Part shown: piece after piece, positions 1 through 9,196 of the stretch
How positions within the stretch are numbered: the stretch's first letter is position 1
Layout of the letters: every line of letters starts with the position of its first letter
Notes under the pieces: model-generated
Told to the model about the DNA's origin: nothing
Seen by the model: only the letters and a program-made list of their open reading frames with translations
The model's database searches: none
Position numbers and translations under genes: made by a program
Assembly (NCBI GenBank): GCA_001784175.1
Contig: MFPR01000020.1
Location: 124,001-188,000, forward strand
Direction of reading: 5' to 3'
Length of the DNA: 64,000 bases
From: Candidatus Lindowbacteria bacterium RIFCSPLOWO2_12_FULL_62_27
GTDB lineage: Bacteria; Lindowbacteria; 2-12-FULL-62-27

Positions 1-695
1 TTGACCAACGCGCGTTCGGCTCGCAGCGCCGTGGCGGTCGGCGCGTCGGTCAGTTCAGAGAAGGCCGGCGCGTCGGCCGTCCTCGATACGAGCATGAGCG
101 CGCCCTGCCCGGGTGCGGGCAAAAAATCGGCGGTGGGAATCCGCGCGTATTTCAATCCGCGCGATTCGATGACACGGGCTGCGCCACCCAGCCGGTTGAT
201 CCCTGCGGCCGCCACCACGACGGCGTCGCACACGGATGGATCGCCCAGAATCTTTCCCAGCCGCGTCTCCACATTGCCCCGGATTTCGACGATCTCAAGA
301 TCCGGGCGCAAATAGAGAAGCTGGGCCGAACGCCTCAGCGACGCGGTCCCCACCCGGCCGCCGGCTGGCAATGCCTTCAAGTCGGCGCCGGTCCGGCTGA
401 CCAGAAGATCCCCGGCGTCCTCGCGGGCCGGCACGGCGGCTACGATCAGGCCGGGCGCTATCTCCACAGGCACGTCTTTCGCGCTGTGCACGGCCAGATC
501 GATCCGGCCGGCCAGGAGCGCCTCGTCCAGCGCCTTCACGAACATTCCCTTGTCACGCAACAGCCCTCTGTCACCCTCCGTCACTATCCCAATCAGTTCA
601 ACCGCCATGTCCCTGTTCCTCAGCAGCCCGGCGACCCACTCCGCCTGCGCAAGGGCCAGCGGACTTTTGCGCGTGCCGATTCTGACGGTTGCCAT
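1..695 (-). CDS. hemC: Hydroxymethylbilane synthase (porphobilinogen deaminase), 3' end beyond window
   Basis: Manual translation from ATG at 695 gives MATVRIGTRKSPLALAQAEWV, later AVHSAKDVP, VGTASLRR and IRGNVETRL; directly downstream of hemA. Confidence 0.95.
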   Translation of the reverse strand, partial: MATVRIGTRKSPLALAQAEWVAGLLRNRDMAVELIGIVTEGDRGLLRDKGMFVKALDEALLAGRIDLAVHSAKDVPVEIAPGLIVAAVPAREDAGDLLVSRTGADLKALPAGGRVGTASLRRSAQLLYLRPDLEIVEIRGNVETRLGKILGDPSVCDAVVVAAAGINRLGGAARVIESRGLKYARIPTADFLPAPGQGALMLVSRTADAPAFSELTDAPTATALRAERALV

Positions 696-699
696 GCGG

Positions 700-1959
700 C
701 TACAATCCGAAAAATTCTTTCAGCGCCTGGACCAGCGCCTGGCGGTCCTGCGCCCGGCCGCCCCTGCGGCTCTTGGCAAACGCCTCCGACAACACGCGGT
801 TCGGGATGCTTTTCTTCAGAGACTCGAGCGAATCCGGCGAAATGTTGGATCGGCGCAGTTCCTCCTCCACGACGCTGGTGATTCGCGCATGAAACCGCCG
901 GAGCGGCTCCTCGAGCTGCGCGTGGGCCAGCCGGTCCCAGAACGACTCCGTCTCCTCCCGGATGATCGCCTCGCAGCGCGGAATTTCCTGCTCGCGCTCA
1001 TGCCGGTGGTCTCGCGCAATTTCGTCCAGGTCGTCGAGGTTGTACAGAAAAACGTTGTCAAGGCCCGCTGACGCAGGGTCGATGTCCCGAGGGATCGCAA
1101 GATCCACCAGAAACAGCGGCCGGCCGGCGCGCTGCTTCTGCGCGATCCGCACGGCGTCGGCCGTGAGAAGCAGGTGTGGCGCGCCGCTGCCGCTGATCAC
1201 GATGTCCGCGTCCGGCAGCCGGCCGGCCAGCGATTCAACCGGCAGGCACGGCGCCGAAAACGAGCGTGCCAGCGCCTCGGCCGGCTCGCGGCTGCGGGTC
1301 GAGAAAATTTCGAGCCGCGCGCCGCGCTCGTGCAGATGTTCGGCCGCAATCGTCGAAATCTCTCCGGCGCCGACCACCAGCACGCGACGGCCCTCCAGCC
1401 GGCCGAATATTTTTTCGCATAGCCGCACCGCCACCGAACTCACCGACACCGGCGTCTCGGCCAGCCGCGTCTCCGCGCGGATGCGCTTGCCGACGGTCAG
1501 CGCGCGTTGAAACAGCATGTTCAGAATCTGGCCGGTCATCCCGTGTTGCCTCGAAATTTCGTACGCCTCCTTGACCTGCCCGAGAATCTGCGTTTCGCCC
1601 AGAACCTGCGCCTCCAGACCGCCGGCCACGGAAAAGAGATGCCGTACCGCGTCTTTTTCCTTGAAGGTCGTCAGGCGGCTGGACAGTTCCGGCGCGAACT
1701 CCGGCGCCCGGCGGCCAATCCATCCGGCGGCGTCACGGTCGGCCGGGGAATAAATTTCAAACCGGTTGCAGGTGGAAAGAATGACGGCTTCCTCGAGCCC
1801 GCAGGTTTCCCGCAGGTCCGCCAGCGCCTCCGGCAGGACCGAAGGCCGCAGATGAATCCGCTCGCGAAGCGACAGGTCCGCGGTGTGATGGGACACGCCG
1901 ACACAAAGTAGTCGGACAGGAACGTCCTGGTGATTCGGGCTAGAACTGGTGTCGGCCAC
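700..1959 (-). CDS. hemA: Glutamyl-tRNA reductase
   Basis: STCNRFE catalytic Cys motif, GETQILGQVK, GAGE NADPH motif, DLAIPRDID. Confidence 0.96.
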   Translation of the reverse strand: MADTSSSPNHQDVPVRLLCVGVSHHTADLSLRERIHLRPSVLPEALADLRETCGLEEAVILSTCNRFEIYSPADRDAAGWIGRRAPEFAPELSSRLTTFKEKDAVRHLFSVAGGLEAQVLGETQILGQVKEAYEISRQHGMTGQILNMLFQRALTVGKRIRAETRLAETPVSVSSVAVRLCEKIFGRLEGRRVLVVGAGEISTIAAEHLHERGARLEIFSTRSREPAEALARSFSAPCLPVESLAGRLPDADIVISGSGAPHLLLTADAVRIAQKQRAGRPLFLVDLAIPRDIDPASAGLDNVFLYNLDDLDEIARDHRHEREQEIPRCEAIIREETESFWDRLAHAQLEEPLRRFHARITSVVEEELRRSNISPDSLESLKKSIPNRVLSEAFAKSRRGGRAQDRQALVQALKEFFGL

Positions 1960-2743
1960 TGGAGATGAAATTCACGGCGAAAAAGGAAATCAGGCAGATC
2001 AGAAATCCCGCCACCACGATCGCCGAATACTGACGGCTCGTCAGACCCGCGCGCTTCCGCGCCGGAACCAGCATCGCATAGAGCGCAAACACAAATCCCG
2101 TCATCACGACCTTCGGCTCCGCCAGGACCGACCACGCCTCCCGGACCGCCCAGCAAAATCCGAACAGGATGCCGCCCCCAAGCGAGCCAAGGCCGATTCC
2201 GATCAGTCTCGGCTGCATCGTCTCCAGCATTTCGAGCGGCGGGAGGCGCAGGATCACGGCCTGGCGGCCCTTTTCCTTCAACCGCCGGTATTCCACCAGA
2301 TAGCCGCAGGCCGCCAGCGCCGCAAGACAAAATGCCGCATAGGAGAAGACGGACAGGCCGATATGAATCGAGGTGACCCAGTCCCTGAGCGCCGGGCGGT
2401 CGACGGCCGGCGGCACGCTGGGAATGAGCCACGTGGGGAGAATGAAAAGCAGGGCTAGGAGCACTGTGAAAAAAGAGAGAATCTCAAACCGGTATCGCAA
2501 GAGCAGCGCTCCGTACAGAAGAACAATGCACCACGAAAAAAACATGAGGGCGTTCCGCAAATCGTACAGCGGAAACATCCCGCTCGCCGCGCCCAGCCGC
2601 ACCAGCTCCGCGCCGTGCATTAGACCCGCCAGAATCAAAAACGTTTTGCCGAGCCGCGCGTTCTTCAGAAGCCCCTTGGCCCAGAGTGCGTGACCGGCCG
2701 CCGCGAGCGCATAACAGGCGCCTGCGGCCCAGAAGAGTTTCAT
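1940..2743 (-). CDS. Cytochrome c assembly protein family (CcsA/HemX-like) membrane protein
   Basis: Multiple TM helices, WVTSIHIG and EPKVV motifs; usual position between sirC/cysG and hemA; start taken at MKLFW (ATG 2743). Confidence 0.8.
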   Translation of the reverse strand: MKLFWAAGACYALAAAGHALWAKGLLKNARLGKTFLILAGLMHGAELVRLGAASGMFPLYDLRNALMFFSWCIVLLYGALLLRYRFEILSFFTVLLALLFILPTWLIPSVPPAVDRPALRDWVTSIHIGLSVFSYAAFCLAALAACGYLVEYRRLKEKGRQAVILRLPPLEMLETMQPRLIGIGLGSLGGGILFGFCWAVREAWSVLAEPKVVMTGFVFALYAMLVPARKRAGLTSRQYSAIVVAGFLICLISFFAVNFISSGRHQF

Positions 2744-2744
2744 G

Positions 2745-3389
2745 TCAGGTCTGTCCTCCCGCCAATTTCTTGAGCGCCGCCTTCCGGTCGCGCGGTGATC
2801 TTCGGGCAAGCCTCGCCAGCGCGCCGGTCTCGATGAGACGGGTCAATATCCGTTTCCGCCGCGCCGGGCTATCGACCGTCTTTTTCAGCAGCGTTCGAAG
2901 GTGCGCCAGCATCCGGAGTTCCTCCGGCACGCTGGACCCGATCGCCCGCTCCAGACGCTTGCGAAGATATTTTACATAACCCGGACTCTGTCCGCCGGAA
3001 AAAATAGCAACCTGCAGGCCTCCGCCCAGCTGCGCCACCGCCGGCACGTGCAGCGCGGACTTCGGCGTGTCCGCGCGGTTCACCCACAGCCCCCGCGCCG
3101 CCGCCCAGCGCTCGATCCGCTTATTGATCACAGGATCATCTGTGCAGGCGAACACCAGCGCTGGCCCGCCGGGCCGCGCGGTTGTGGCCGGCGAAAACCG
3201 CCGCCGTCGCCACACAATCCTTCCTGCGGCAGCCATCTTCCTTACTTCCGGCCGGACCTCCGGCGAAACCACCAGGACCTTCGCGCCGCACCGGCCGAGC
3301 ATCCGGATTTTCCGCAATGCGACCGCGCCGCCGCCCACCACGAGCGCCGGGCGGCCTTCGACGTTCAATCCAACAGGCAACAGGTTCAT
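2745..3389 (-). CDS. Precorrin-2 dehydrogenase / sirohydrochlorin ferrochelatase (SirC/Met8p, CysG N-terminal-like)
   Basis: LVVGGGAVALRKI Rossmann motif, VNRAD, VAIFSGGQSP. Confidence 0.88.
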   Translation of the reverse strand: MNLLPVGLNVEGRPALVVGGGAVALRKIRMLGRCGAKVLVVSPEVRPEVRKMAAAGRIVWRRRRFSPATTARPGGPALVFACTDDPVINKRIERWAAARGLWVNRADTPKSALHVPAVAQLGGGLQVAIFSGGQSPGYVKYLRKRLERAIGSSVPEELRMLAHLRTLLKKTVDSPARRKRILTRLIETGALARLARRSPRDRKAALKKLAGGQT

Positions 3390-3456
3390 GTCTGATCGAT
3401 GCCCTTATACCTTATTTCGTGTTCACAGGCTGCTGGCGCCATGATACGAGAGAGCC

Positions 3457-4368
3457 ATGACGAAGGTTCAGTCGGGGATCGTTCGATGGTCGGTCCGATG
3501 CATCGGGTTTGTGATTTTCGGGTACCTGCTTCACCGGATCGGTCCGGAGAATCTGTGGCGCGCGATCCGGGGCGTGCAGCCCGTTTATTTTCTTGCGGCC
3601 TTGCCCGTCTTTTTTTTCATGATCGGCGTGAAAACTCTCAAAATGCGGGCGCTCCTCCGGAGCCCCATCGGGTTCTCCGAACTGTTTGACCTCAACGCCT
3701 TCGGGTTCTCCATCGGGTCCATCACGCCGGGCCGGCTCGGCGAGTTTTCGAAAATCATTTTTCTCAACCGCCTCAATGTTCCGGTCGCTGAATCCTTCGC
3801 GGTGACGCTCGTGGACCGCATGTCGGATGTGGCGCTCATGCTGGTATGCGCGGTGGGCGGACTGTTCGTCTTCTTCGGCCCGCCGGCCGGCTGGCTCGGC
3901 GTGGCGGCGGTGGCGGCGGCGACGGCCGCGGCGGGGTCGCTCTGGTTTTCGGATCGCGTGCTTCGCAAACTGACGTGGGGGAAACTCCGGGAGCTGGTGA
4001 CGCTCGAAGGCGCCACGATCCGGGCGTTTCTCGCGCGCGTGCCCCCCGGCGTGTGGGCCGCCGCCGCGGCCCTGACGGTCGCCTATCTTGGATTGTACTT
4101 TCTTCAAATGTGGATCCTGGCCAAAGGACTGAATCTGCCGATCACGTATGTCCAGACCACCATGGCGATCTCCGCCTCGGCTGTGCCGGCCATCCTGCCC
4201 ATCAGCGTCTTCAACGTGGGCCCGCGGGACGCGGTCCTTGCCGCGATTTTCTCTCGAATGGGCTGGGGCGCGGAAAATGGCGTCGCGCTTTCCACGCTGA
4301 TCCTCGCGCTCTTCCTGGTCAACGGCTGTTTTGGACTTCTCTTCGTTCCGCGCGAAACCCGGCCATGA
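3457..4368 (+). CDS. Lysylphosphatidylglycerol synthase TM-domain (UPF0104) flippase-like membrane protein
   Basis: TPGRLGE, VDRMSD and PIS..NVGPRD motifs; highly hydrophobic. Confidence 0.8.
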   Translation: MTKVQSGIVRWSVRCIGFVIFGYLLHRIGPENLWRAIRGVQPVYFLAALPVFFFMIGVKTLKMRALLRSPIGFSELFDLNAFGFSIGSITPGRLGEFSKIIFLNRLNVPVAESFAVTLVDRMSDVALMLVCAVGGLFVFFGPPAGWLGVAAVAAATAAAGSLWFSDRVLRKLTWGKLRELVTLEGATIRAFLARVPPGVWAAAAALTVAYLGLYFLQMWILAKGLNLPITYVQTTMAISASAVPAILPISVFNVGPRDAVLAAIFSRMGWGAENGVALSTLILALFLVNGCFGLLFVPRETRP

Positions 4369-4614
4369 TATGCAGAAAAAAAATTCCCCCAATCCACGGT
4401 GAGGTGGATCGGGGGCCGCGACCGCTGCTGCGTGTGCTGTTGCGTCTGGTCTGCGTCTTGTTCCGCGGTTGGTATAAGTGTTCAAGGACGACCCTATGAT
4501 AAAAAAAGAGGCCATCGAGTTTGCCCGCGTCGGGCATCCGTCCATGGCCCTCTTTGCCTATCCGTTAGGCTTGTATGATGGAGCGGGCTTTCGCCCGCCC
4601 GTACCAACTATCGG

Positions 4615-5031
4615 ATGAAACGGATGGAAACTTTACCAAACGGAATGAGATTTCAGGTGGGCGTGGACATCGCCGAAGTGGACCGGATCGCTGCGTCCTT
4701 GAAAAAGTTCGGCGACCGGTTCAAGGAACGGAATTTCAGCCCGGCGGAAATCGCTTATTGCGACGCGAAGCGCCAGCCCGAAATGCACTACGCGGGCCGG
4801 TGGGCCGCCAAGGAGGCGTTCCTCAAGGCCGTCGGGATCGGCATCATGCGCGGGGTGCCCATGAGCGCGATGTCGATCACGGCGCCCGCCGGACGCACCC
4901 GCCCCGTCCTCACGGTGACCGCCGCAGCGGCGGCTGTGCTGAAGGCGCGCAAGGTCACTGCGTGGGACCTCAACATCACGCACAGCCGGACACTCGCCGT
5001 CGCCTGCGCGGTGGCGTTTTTTTCGGAGTGA
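4615..5031 (+). CDS. acpS: Holo-[acyl-carrier-protein] synthase
   Basis: GVDIAEVDRI, AGRWAAKEAFLKA, NITHS; true start may be ATG 4645. Confidence 0.93.
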   Translation: MKRMETLPNGMRFQVGVDIAEVDRIAASLKKFGDRFKERNFSPAEIAYCDAKRQPEMHYAGRWAAKEAFLKAVGIGIMRGVPMSAMSITAPAGRTRPVLTVTAAAAAVLKARKVTAWDLNITHSRTLAVACAVAFFSE

Positions 5032-5035
5032 TCTG

Positions 5036-6541
5036 ATGATGGAAATTCTCACCGCCGCCCAGATGCGCGAAGCGGATCGAGTCGCCATCGTTGAAATGAA
5101 AATCCCCGGGCTCCGCCTTATGGAATCCGCCGGCTTGGCGGTCGCGCGGGAGGCGGCGCGGATGGTCCGGAAAAAATCCGGCCGCATCGCTGTCCTATGC
5201 GGAAAAGGCAACAACGGCGGCGACGGCCTCGTCGCAGCGAGACTCCTCGCCCGGCAGGGCCGCCTGGTCTCCGCAGTTTTGCTGTCAAAAGACTTCTCGC
5301 CGGACGCGGCCACACAGTTTCGGCGTTTGCCCGGGCGCGTTGAGGTTGTCCGTGCCCACTCGCAGGCCTTGTGGAACCGCGCTTGCCGCCGCCTCGAAAC
5401 TTGCGCGCTGGTGATCGATGCCATCTTCGGCACCGGCCTCGGCCATCCGCTGGGAGGGTTGATGAAACAGGTCGTCGACGATCTGAATCGCCTCTCGATT
5501 CCAGTTCTGGCGGTCGACATTCCGAGCGGCGTCGATGCCACGACGGGCAGAATTCTCGGCGCCGCCGTCCGCGCCTCGGTCACGGTCACCTTCGCCAGGC
5601 CCAAACTCGGCCACATCCTTTTCCCGGGCGCCGCGCACACCGGCCGGCGGGTCACGGCCGATATCGGGATTCCGGACACGGCGATCTCGCGGGCACGGCC
5701 CGACACGTATTTGATCGACCGGAATCTCGCCGCTCGACTCCTTCCGCCCAGACCCGACGACAGCCATAAGGGAACGTACGGCCGAAGCGTCATTCTGGCG
5801 GGATCGCGCGGCATGATCGGCGCGGCGGTCCTGGCGGCCGAGGCGGCCATGCGGATCGGATCGGGCCTGACCCGGCTCTGCGTGCCGGCCTCCGTCTACT
5901 CGATCGCGGCGCGCAAACTGCCGCCGGAAGCGATGTGCGCCCCAGTGTCGGAAAAATCGATTGCAAAATATTTGAATGACGCCACCGCCGTGCTGATCGG
6001 CCCCGGCCTCGGCCGCGACCCGCGGACCCTCCGATGGGTCGGGCGCGTCGCAAAATCGCTGAGACACGATCAACGATGCGTCCTGGATGCCGACGCACTC
6101 TTCGCACTCGCAGCCCTTCCGCCCGCCGCCGACACCGTCCTCACGCCCCACGCGGGTGAAATGGCAAGACTCATCGGAAAATCCCGCGCGGCAGTCGAGG
6201 CTGACAGCTGCGCGGTCGCGCGGAGTTTCGCGCGGCGATGCAGGCTGTCGGTAGTTCTCAAAGGCAGCCGGACAAAAATCGCCGACCGATACGGCGACGT
6301 TTACGTCAACCCCACCGGCAACGCAGCGCTCGCCAAAGGCGCCACCGGCGACGTCCTGGCCGGCCTCATCTGCGGCCTCGCGGCGCAGGGTCTCTCCGCC
6401 TTCGACGCCGCGCGCTTGGCCGTCTATCTGCACGGTCGCGCGGCCGACCTCGCGGTGGAACAGGGCCGGGACAAACGGACGTTTCTGGCGTCCGATATTT
6501 TCAAGTACTTGGACGCGGCGCTCCTCGAGCTTTCGGGCTGA
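5036..6541 (+). CDS. nnr: Bifunctional NAD(P)HX epimerase/dehydratase
   Basis: CGKGNNGGDG, DAIFGTG, HKGTYG, GPGLG, LTPHAGEM, GATGDVLAG. Confidence 0.93.
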   Translation: MMEILTAAQMREADRVAIVEMKIPGLRLMESAGLAVAREAARMVRKKSGRIAVLCGKGNNGGDGLVAARLLARQGRLVSAVLLSKDFSPDAATQFRRLPGRVEVVRAHSQALWNRACRRLETCALVIDAIFGTGLGHPLGGLMKQVVDDLNRLSIPVLAVDIPSGVDATTGRILGAAVRASVTVTFARPKLGHILFPGAAHTGRRVTADIGIPDTAISRARPDTYLIDRNLAARLLPPRPDDSHKGTYGRSVILAGSRGMIGAAVLAAEAAMRIGSGLTRLCVPASVYSIAARKLPPEAMCAPVSEKSIAKYLNDATAVLIGPGLGRDPRTLRWVGRVAKSLRHDQRCVLDADALFALAALPPAADTVLTPHAGEMARLIGKSRAAVEADSCAVARSFARRCRLSVVLKGSRTKIADRYGDVYVNPTGNAALAKGATGDVLAGLICGLAAQGLSAFDAARLAVYLHGRAADLAVEQGRDKRTFLASDIFKYLDAALLELSG

Positions 6542-7172
6542 TCAGCTTCGAGCGAAGTTTCCGCACCTCACCCCGCAGCGCGCGTTCCGGATCGATGCCG
6601 CGTTGCGCCGCCGCAAGCGCCAGCGCCAGCAGGCGCCGGCCGATGGCCCGGGCGGAGAGCCGCCGTGCCGATCTTCGCTTTCGGACCAGTTTGAGCCGCG
6701 CCGCCTTTTCGTAGATGCGTTTCGCCTGATAAAGGGCCGGCAGATGAACGGGAACGCTCTCGATCGGATGGCGGCCGCGCCGTGCGGCTTTCATGGTTTC
6801 CCACTGGACCAGAATCTGGTCCGGCGTCATCCGCCGCCTCGACTTGAAGACGTGCGGGTGACGGGAAATGTATTTGGCCGCCGTGTCCCGGACCAGATCG
6901 CGATACGTCAGGCGCCCACGCGATTCGCACGCGTGAACGATCGACAGCAACAAAAAAAGCAGGTCGCCGAGTTCCTCGCCGGTGGCTGCGATCCGGCGCC
7001 GCTCGATCGCCTCCACCGCCTCGTGCGCCTCCTCGATGAGCAGCGGCGCCAGGCTCTCGGCCGTCTGCCGCCGGTCCCACGCGCATCCGTGCGGCCCGCG
7101 CAGAACGGTGATCAGCTTCCGGATTTTTTCCGCGTCATTCTTCAAACGCAAAATCGGCTGGGCGGTTGGCAT
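6501..7172 (-). CDS. MazG-family nucleoside triphosphate pyrophosphohydrolase (one clear domain)
   Basis: GCAWDRRQT, EEAHEAVEAI, EELGDLL, RHPHVF; start taken at ATG 7172. Confidence 0.85.
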   Translation of the reverse strand: MPTAQPILRLKNDAEKIRKLITVLRGPHGCAWDRRQTAESLAPLLIEEAHEAVEAIERRRIAATGEELGDLLFLLLSIVHACESRGRLTYRDLVRDTAAKYISRHPHVFKSRRRMTPDQILVQWETMKAARRGRHPIESVPVHLPALYQAKRIYEKAARLKLVRKRRSARRLSARAIGRRLLALALAAAQRGIDPERALRGEVRKLRSKLISPKARGAPRPST

Positions 7173-7186
7173 CGTCGAGGGGGTGG

Positions 7187-8239
7187 TCAGGCCGTGACGG
7201 CCAGTTGCCCGCAGGCCGCGCTCACGTCCAGGCCCTGGCTCCACCGGATGTACGCCTGCAGTTCCGAATCCCAGAGAACTTTCTGAAACGCGAGGACCTG
7301 CTGCGGATCCGGCCGCTTGAAGTCCGAACCCGGAAATGGATTGAACGGAATGAGATTCACTTTGCACCGGATGCCGCTCAAGAGCCGCACCAGTTCCTTT
7401 GCCTGCGCTGTCTGGTCGGTCACGCCCGCCAGAAGCACATATTCAAACGTGACGGGCTTCCGCCGCGTTTTTCCGACCTCCCGCGCGGCTTCCAGGAGCG
7501 CCGCGAGGTCGTGCCGCTCGGCGACGCGCGGCATGAGGCCCAGCCGGAGTTTTGCGGACGGGGCGTTCAGGGAAATCGCGATGTTCACCGCGAAGCGCTC
7601 GGCCAGTTCCGTCAGGCGCGGCGCGACGCCGGCGGTCGACACGGTGATCCGCGCCGGCGATATCCCGAGCGCTTCCGGCGACGTCAGATTCGCCAGCGCC
7701 ACGCACACGTTGTCAAAGTTCAGCAGCGGCTCGCCCATGCCCATGAAGACGATGTTGCTCAGCCGTTTTCCCCGCTCCTCCAGCCGAAGCAGGGCCAGAA
7801 TCGCCTGTCCGAGGATTTCCGACGGCGCGAGGTTCCGTTTGAAGCCCATGGCGGCGGTCGCGCAAAACCGGCAGTCGAGCGCGCAGCCGGCCTGGCTCGA
7901 CACGCACAGCGTCATCCGCTCGTCCGCCGGCATCAGCACGCTCTCGATCCGGTGCGGCTCCCCGGTTTTCTTGTCCACGGTCGCCAGCCGCAGCAGAAAT
8001 TTTTCGGTCCCATCCTCCGCGGTGACCTGCCGCTCCACGGCCGGAAAGCCCACCTCCCATTCCTCCGCGATCCGCCGCCGCAGCGCCTCCGGCAGATTGC
8101 TCATCCGGCCCGGATCGGACACGCGCTTCGCGTAGATCCACTCGAAGACCTGCTTCGCGCGATACGCCGGCTCTGCATACTCGGCCATCCGGCCCGACAG
8201 CTCCTCCATCGTGACGTCGTAAATGTTCGGTTTGGACAT
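7187..8239 (-). CDS. rlmN: 23S rRNA/tRNA m2A methyltransferase (radical SAM)
   Basis: CVSSQAGCALDCRFC, MGMGEPL, C-terminal AACGQL. Confidence 0.95.
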   Translation of the reverse strand: MSKPNIYDVTMEELSGRMAEYAEPAYRAKQVFEWIYAKRVSDPGRMSNLPEALRRRIAEEWEVGFPAVERQVTAEDGTEKFLLRLATVDKKTGEPHRIESVLMPADERMTLCVSSQAGCALDCRFCATAAMGFKRNLAPSEILGQAILALLRLEERGKRLSNIVFMGMGEPLLNFDNVCVALANLTSPEALGISPARITVSTAGVAPRLTELAERFAVNIAISLNAPSAKLRLGLMPRVAERHDLAALLEAAREVGKTRRKPVTFEYVLLAGVTDQTAQAKELVRLLSGIRCKVNLIPFNPFPGSDFKRPDPQQVLAFQKVLWDSELQAYIRWSQGLDVSAACGQLAVTA

Positions 8240-8245
8240 GAATCC

Positions 8246-8274
8246 ATCCTATCAGTACTTCCGGTTTCTGTAAA
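8246..8274 (-). promoter_or_regulatory. Sigma70-type promoter of rlmN, probably leaderless
   Basis: TTTACA-N17-TAGGAT with extended TG; ATG 6 nt downstream of the -10. Confidence 0.6.
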
Positions 8275-8357
8275 AAGCTCTTGCCCTTCCGCCCGGCCTG
8301 ACATAGAGTCTGGGGTCAGGTGTCATTGAAACCAACGATCGTAAAGGAGGTTTGTCC

Positions 8358-9101
8358 ATGAATGTCCGCCCCGTACAGGTGATCGCAGCGCTCCTGAGCG
8401 TCCTGTGCCTCGGCTTTATGACCGGCTCCCTGATTTATCTGCTCCTCACGACCGTGTTCCTTCCCGATCCGCAATCCCTCGAAAATATCGGATTGATCAT
8501 TTATGACGAGGGTGGATCGATCGCGGCCATCGTCGGCCATTTCTTCATGATCACGGCCTTTGGGGTCGCCGCCGCCTACATCCTCGGACGCGAAACGGGC
8601 CGGTTCCTTGCAGAATCCGCCGGCACCCCCAATTGGAGCTACCGGCTGCTCGTGACCCTCACCGTCTACCTCTCCCGCTTCCCGGCGATCTTCATCGGGC
8701 TGGTCGGGTACTTCCTTCTCGTCATCCAGTTCGGCGCGCCTTGGACCTTGCCGACCCAGTGCCTCGTGTTTTTCCTGATGGTTCTGCCGACGGCCATCGA
8801 CGTGTGCCGGATCGGAAAGGACGACCCCAAGGCCGTCGGGGACGGGGTGCTCCTCGGCACCATCCGCGTCTGGCTCGAATTCCTCGTCATGTTCTGGATC
8901 ATCGCCTTCACGGCATACGATTACACCAAGCCCGATCCGGAAACCCATCGCTCGATCGCCGACTTTGTGTCCTCTGTCTGCGAAAGCGGCATCATGCCCA
9001 ATAACCCGGTGAACGCGCTCATGGTCTCGCTCCTCGCCGTCAGCTCCATCACGGCCCTCATCAACTGGTTCTTCCGCAACTACGCGCTGAGACAGAAATA
9101 A
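8358..9101 (+). CDS. Integral membrane protein, weakly resembling PstA/PstC-type ABC permeases
   Basis: AAAGGAGG RBS before ATG 8358; about 6 TM segments; SRFPAIFIGLVG and LMVLPTAI segments. Confidence 0.6.
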   Translation: MNVRPVQVIAALLSVLCLGFMTGSLIYLLLTTVFLPDPQSLENIGLIIYDEGGSIAAIVGHFFMITAFGVAAAYILGRETGRFLAESAGTPNWSYRLLVTLTVYLSRFPAIFIGLVGYFLLVIQFGAPWTLPTQCLVFFLMVLPTAIDVCRIGKDDPKAVGDGVLLGTIRVWLEFLVMFWIIAFTAYDYTKPDPETHRSIADFVSSVCESGIMPNNPVNALMVSLLAVSSITALINWFFRNYALRQK

Positions 9102-9111
9102 GACTCTGCCA

Positions 9112-9149
9112 CCCCTCCCGCCGCCGGCGGGAGAGGGTCGGGGTGAGGG
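9112..9149. repeat. REP-like palindromic element (CCCTCACCCC..CCCTCTCCC..GGGAGAGGG family), reverse orientation
   Basis: Reverse complement CCCTCACCCCGACCCTCTCCCGCC..GGCGGGAGGGG resembles the copy at 60290-60333. Confidence 0.75.
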
Positions 9150-9156
9150 TGGCCGA

Positions 9157-9186
9157 TTGACAGAGGTTCGCCGGTACTTTTATACT
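9157..9186 (+). promoter_or_regulatory. Sigma70-type promoter of the surface-protein operon
   Basis: TTGACA-N18-TATACT about 10 nt upstream of ATG 9197. Confidence 0.7.
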
Positions 9187-9196
9187 GAATGTGTAT

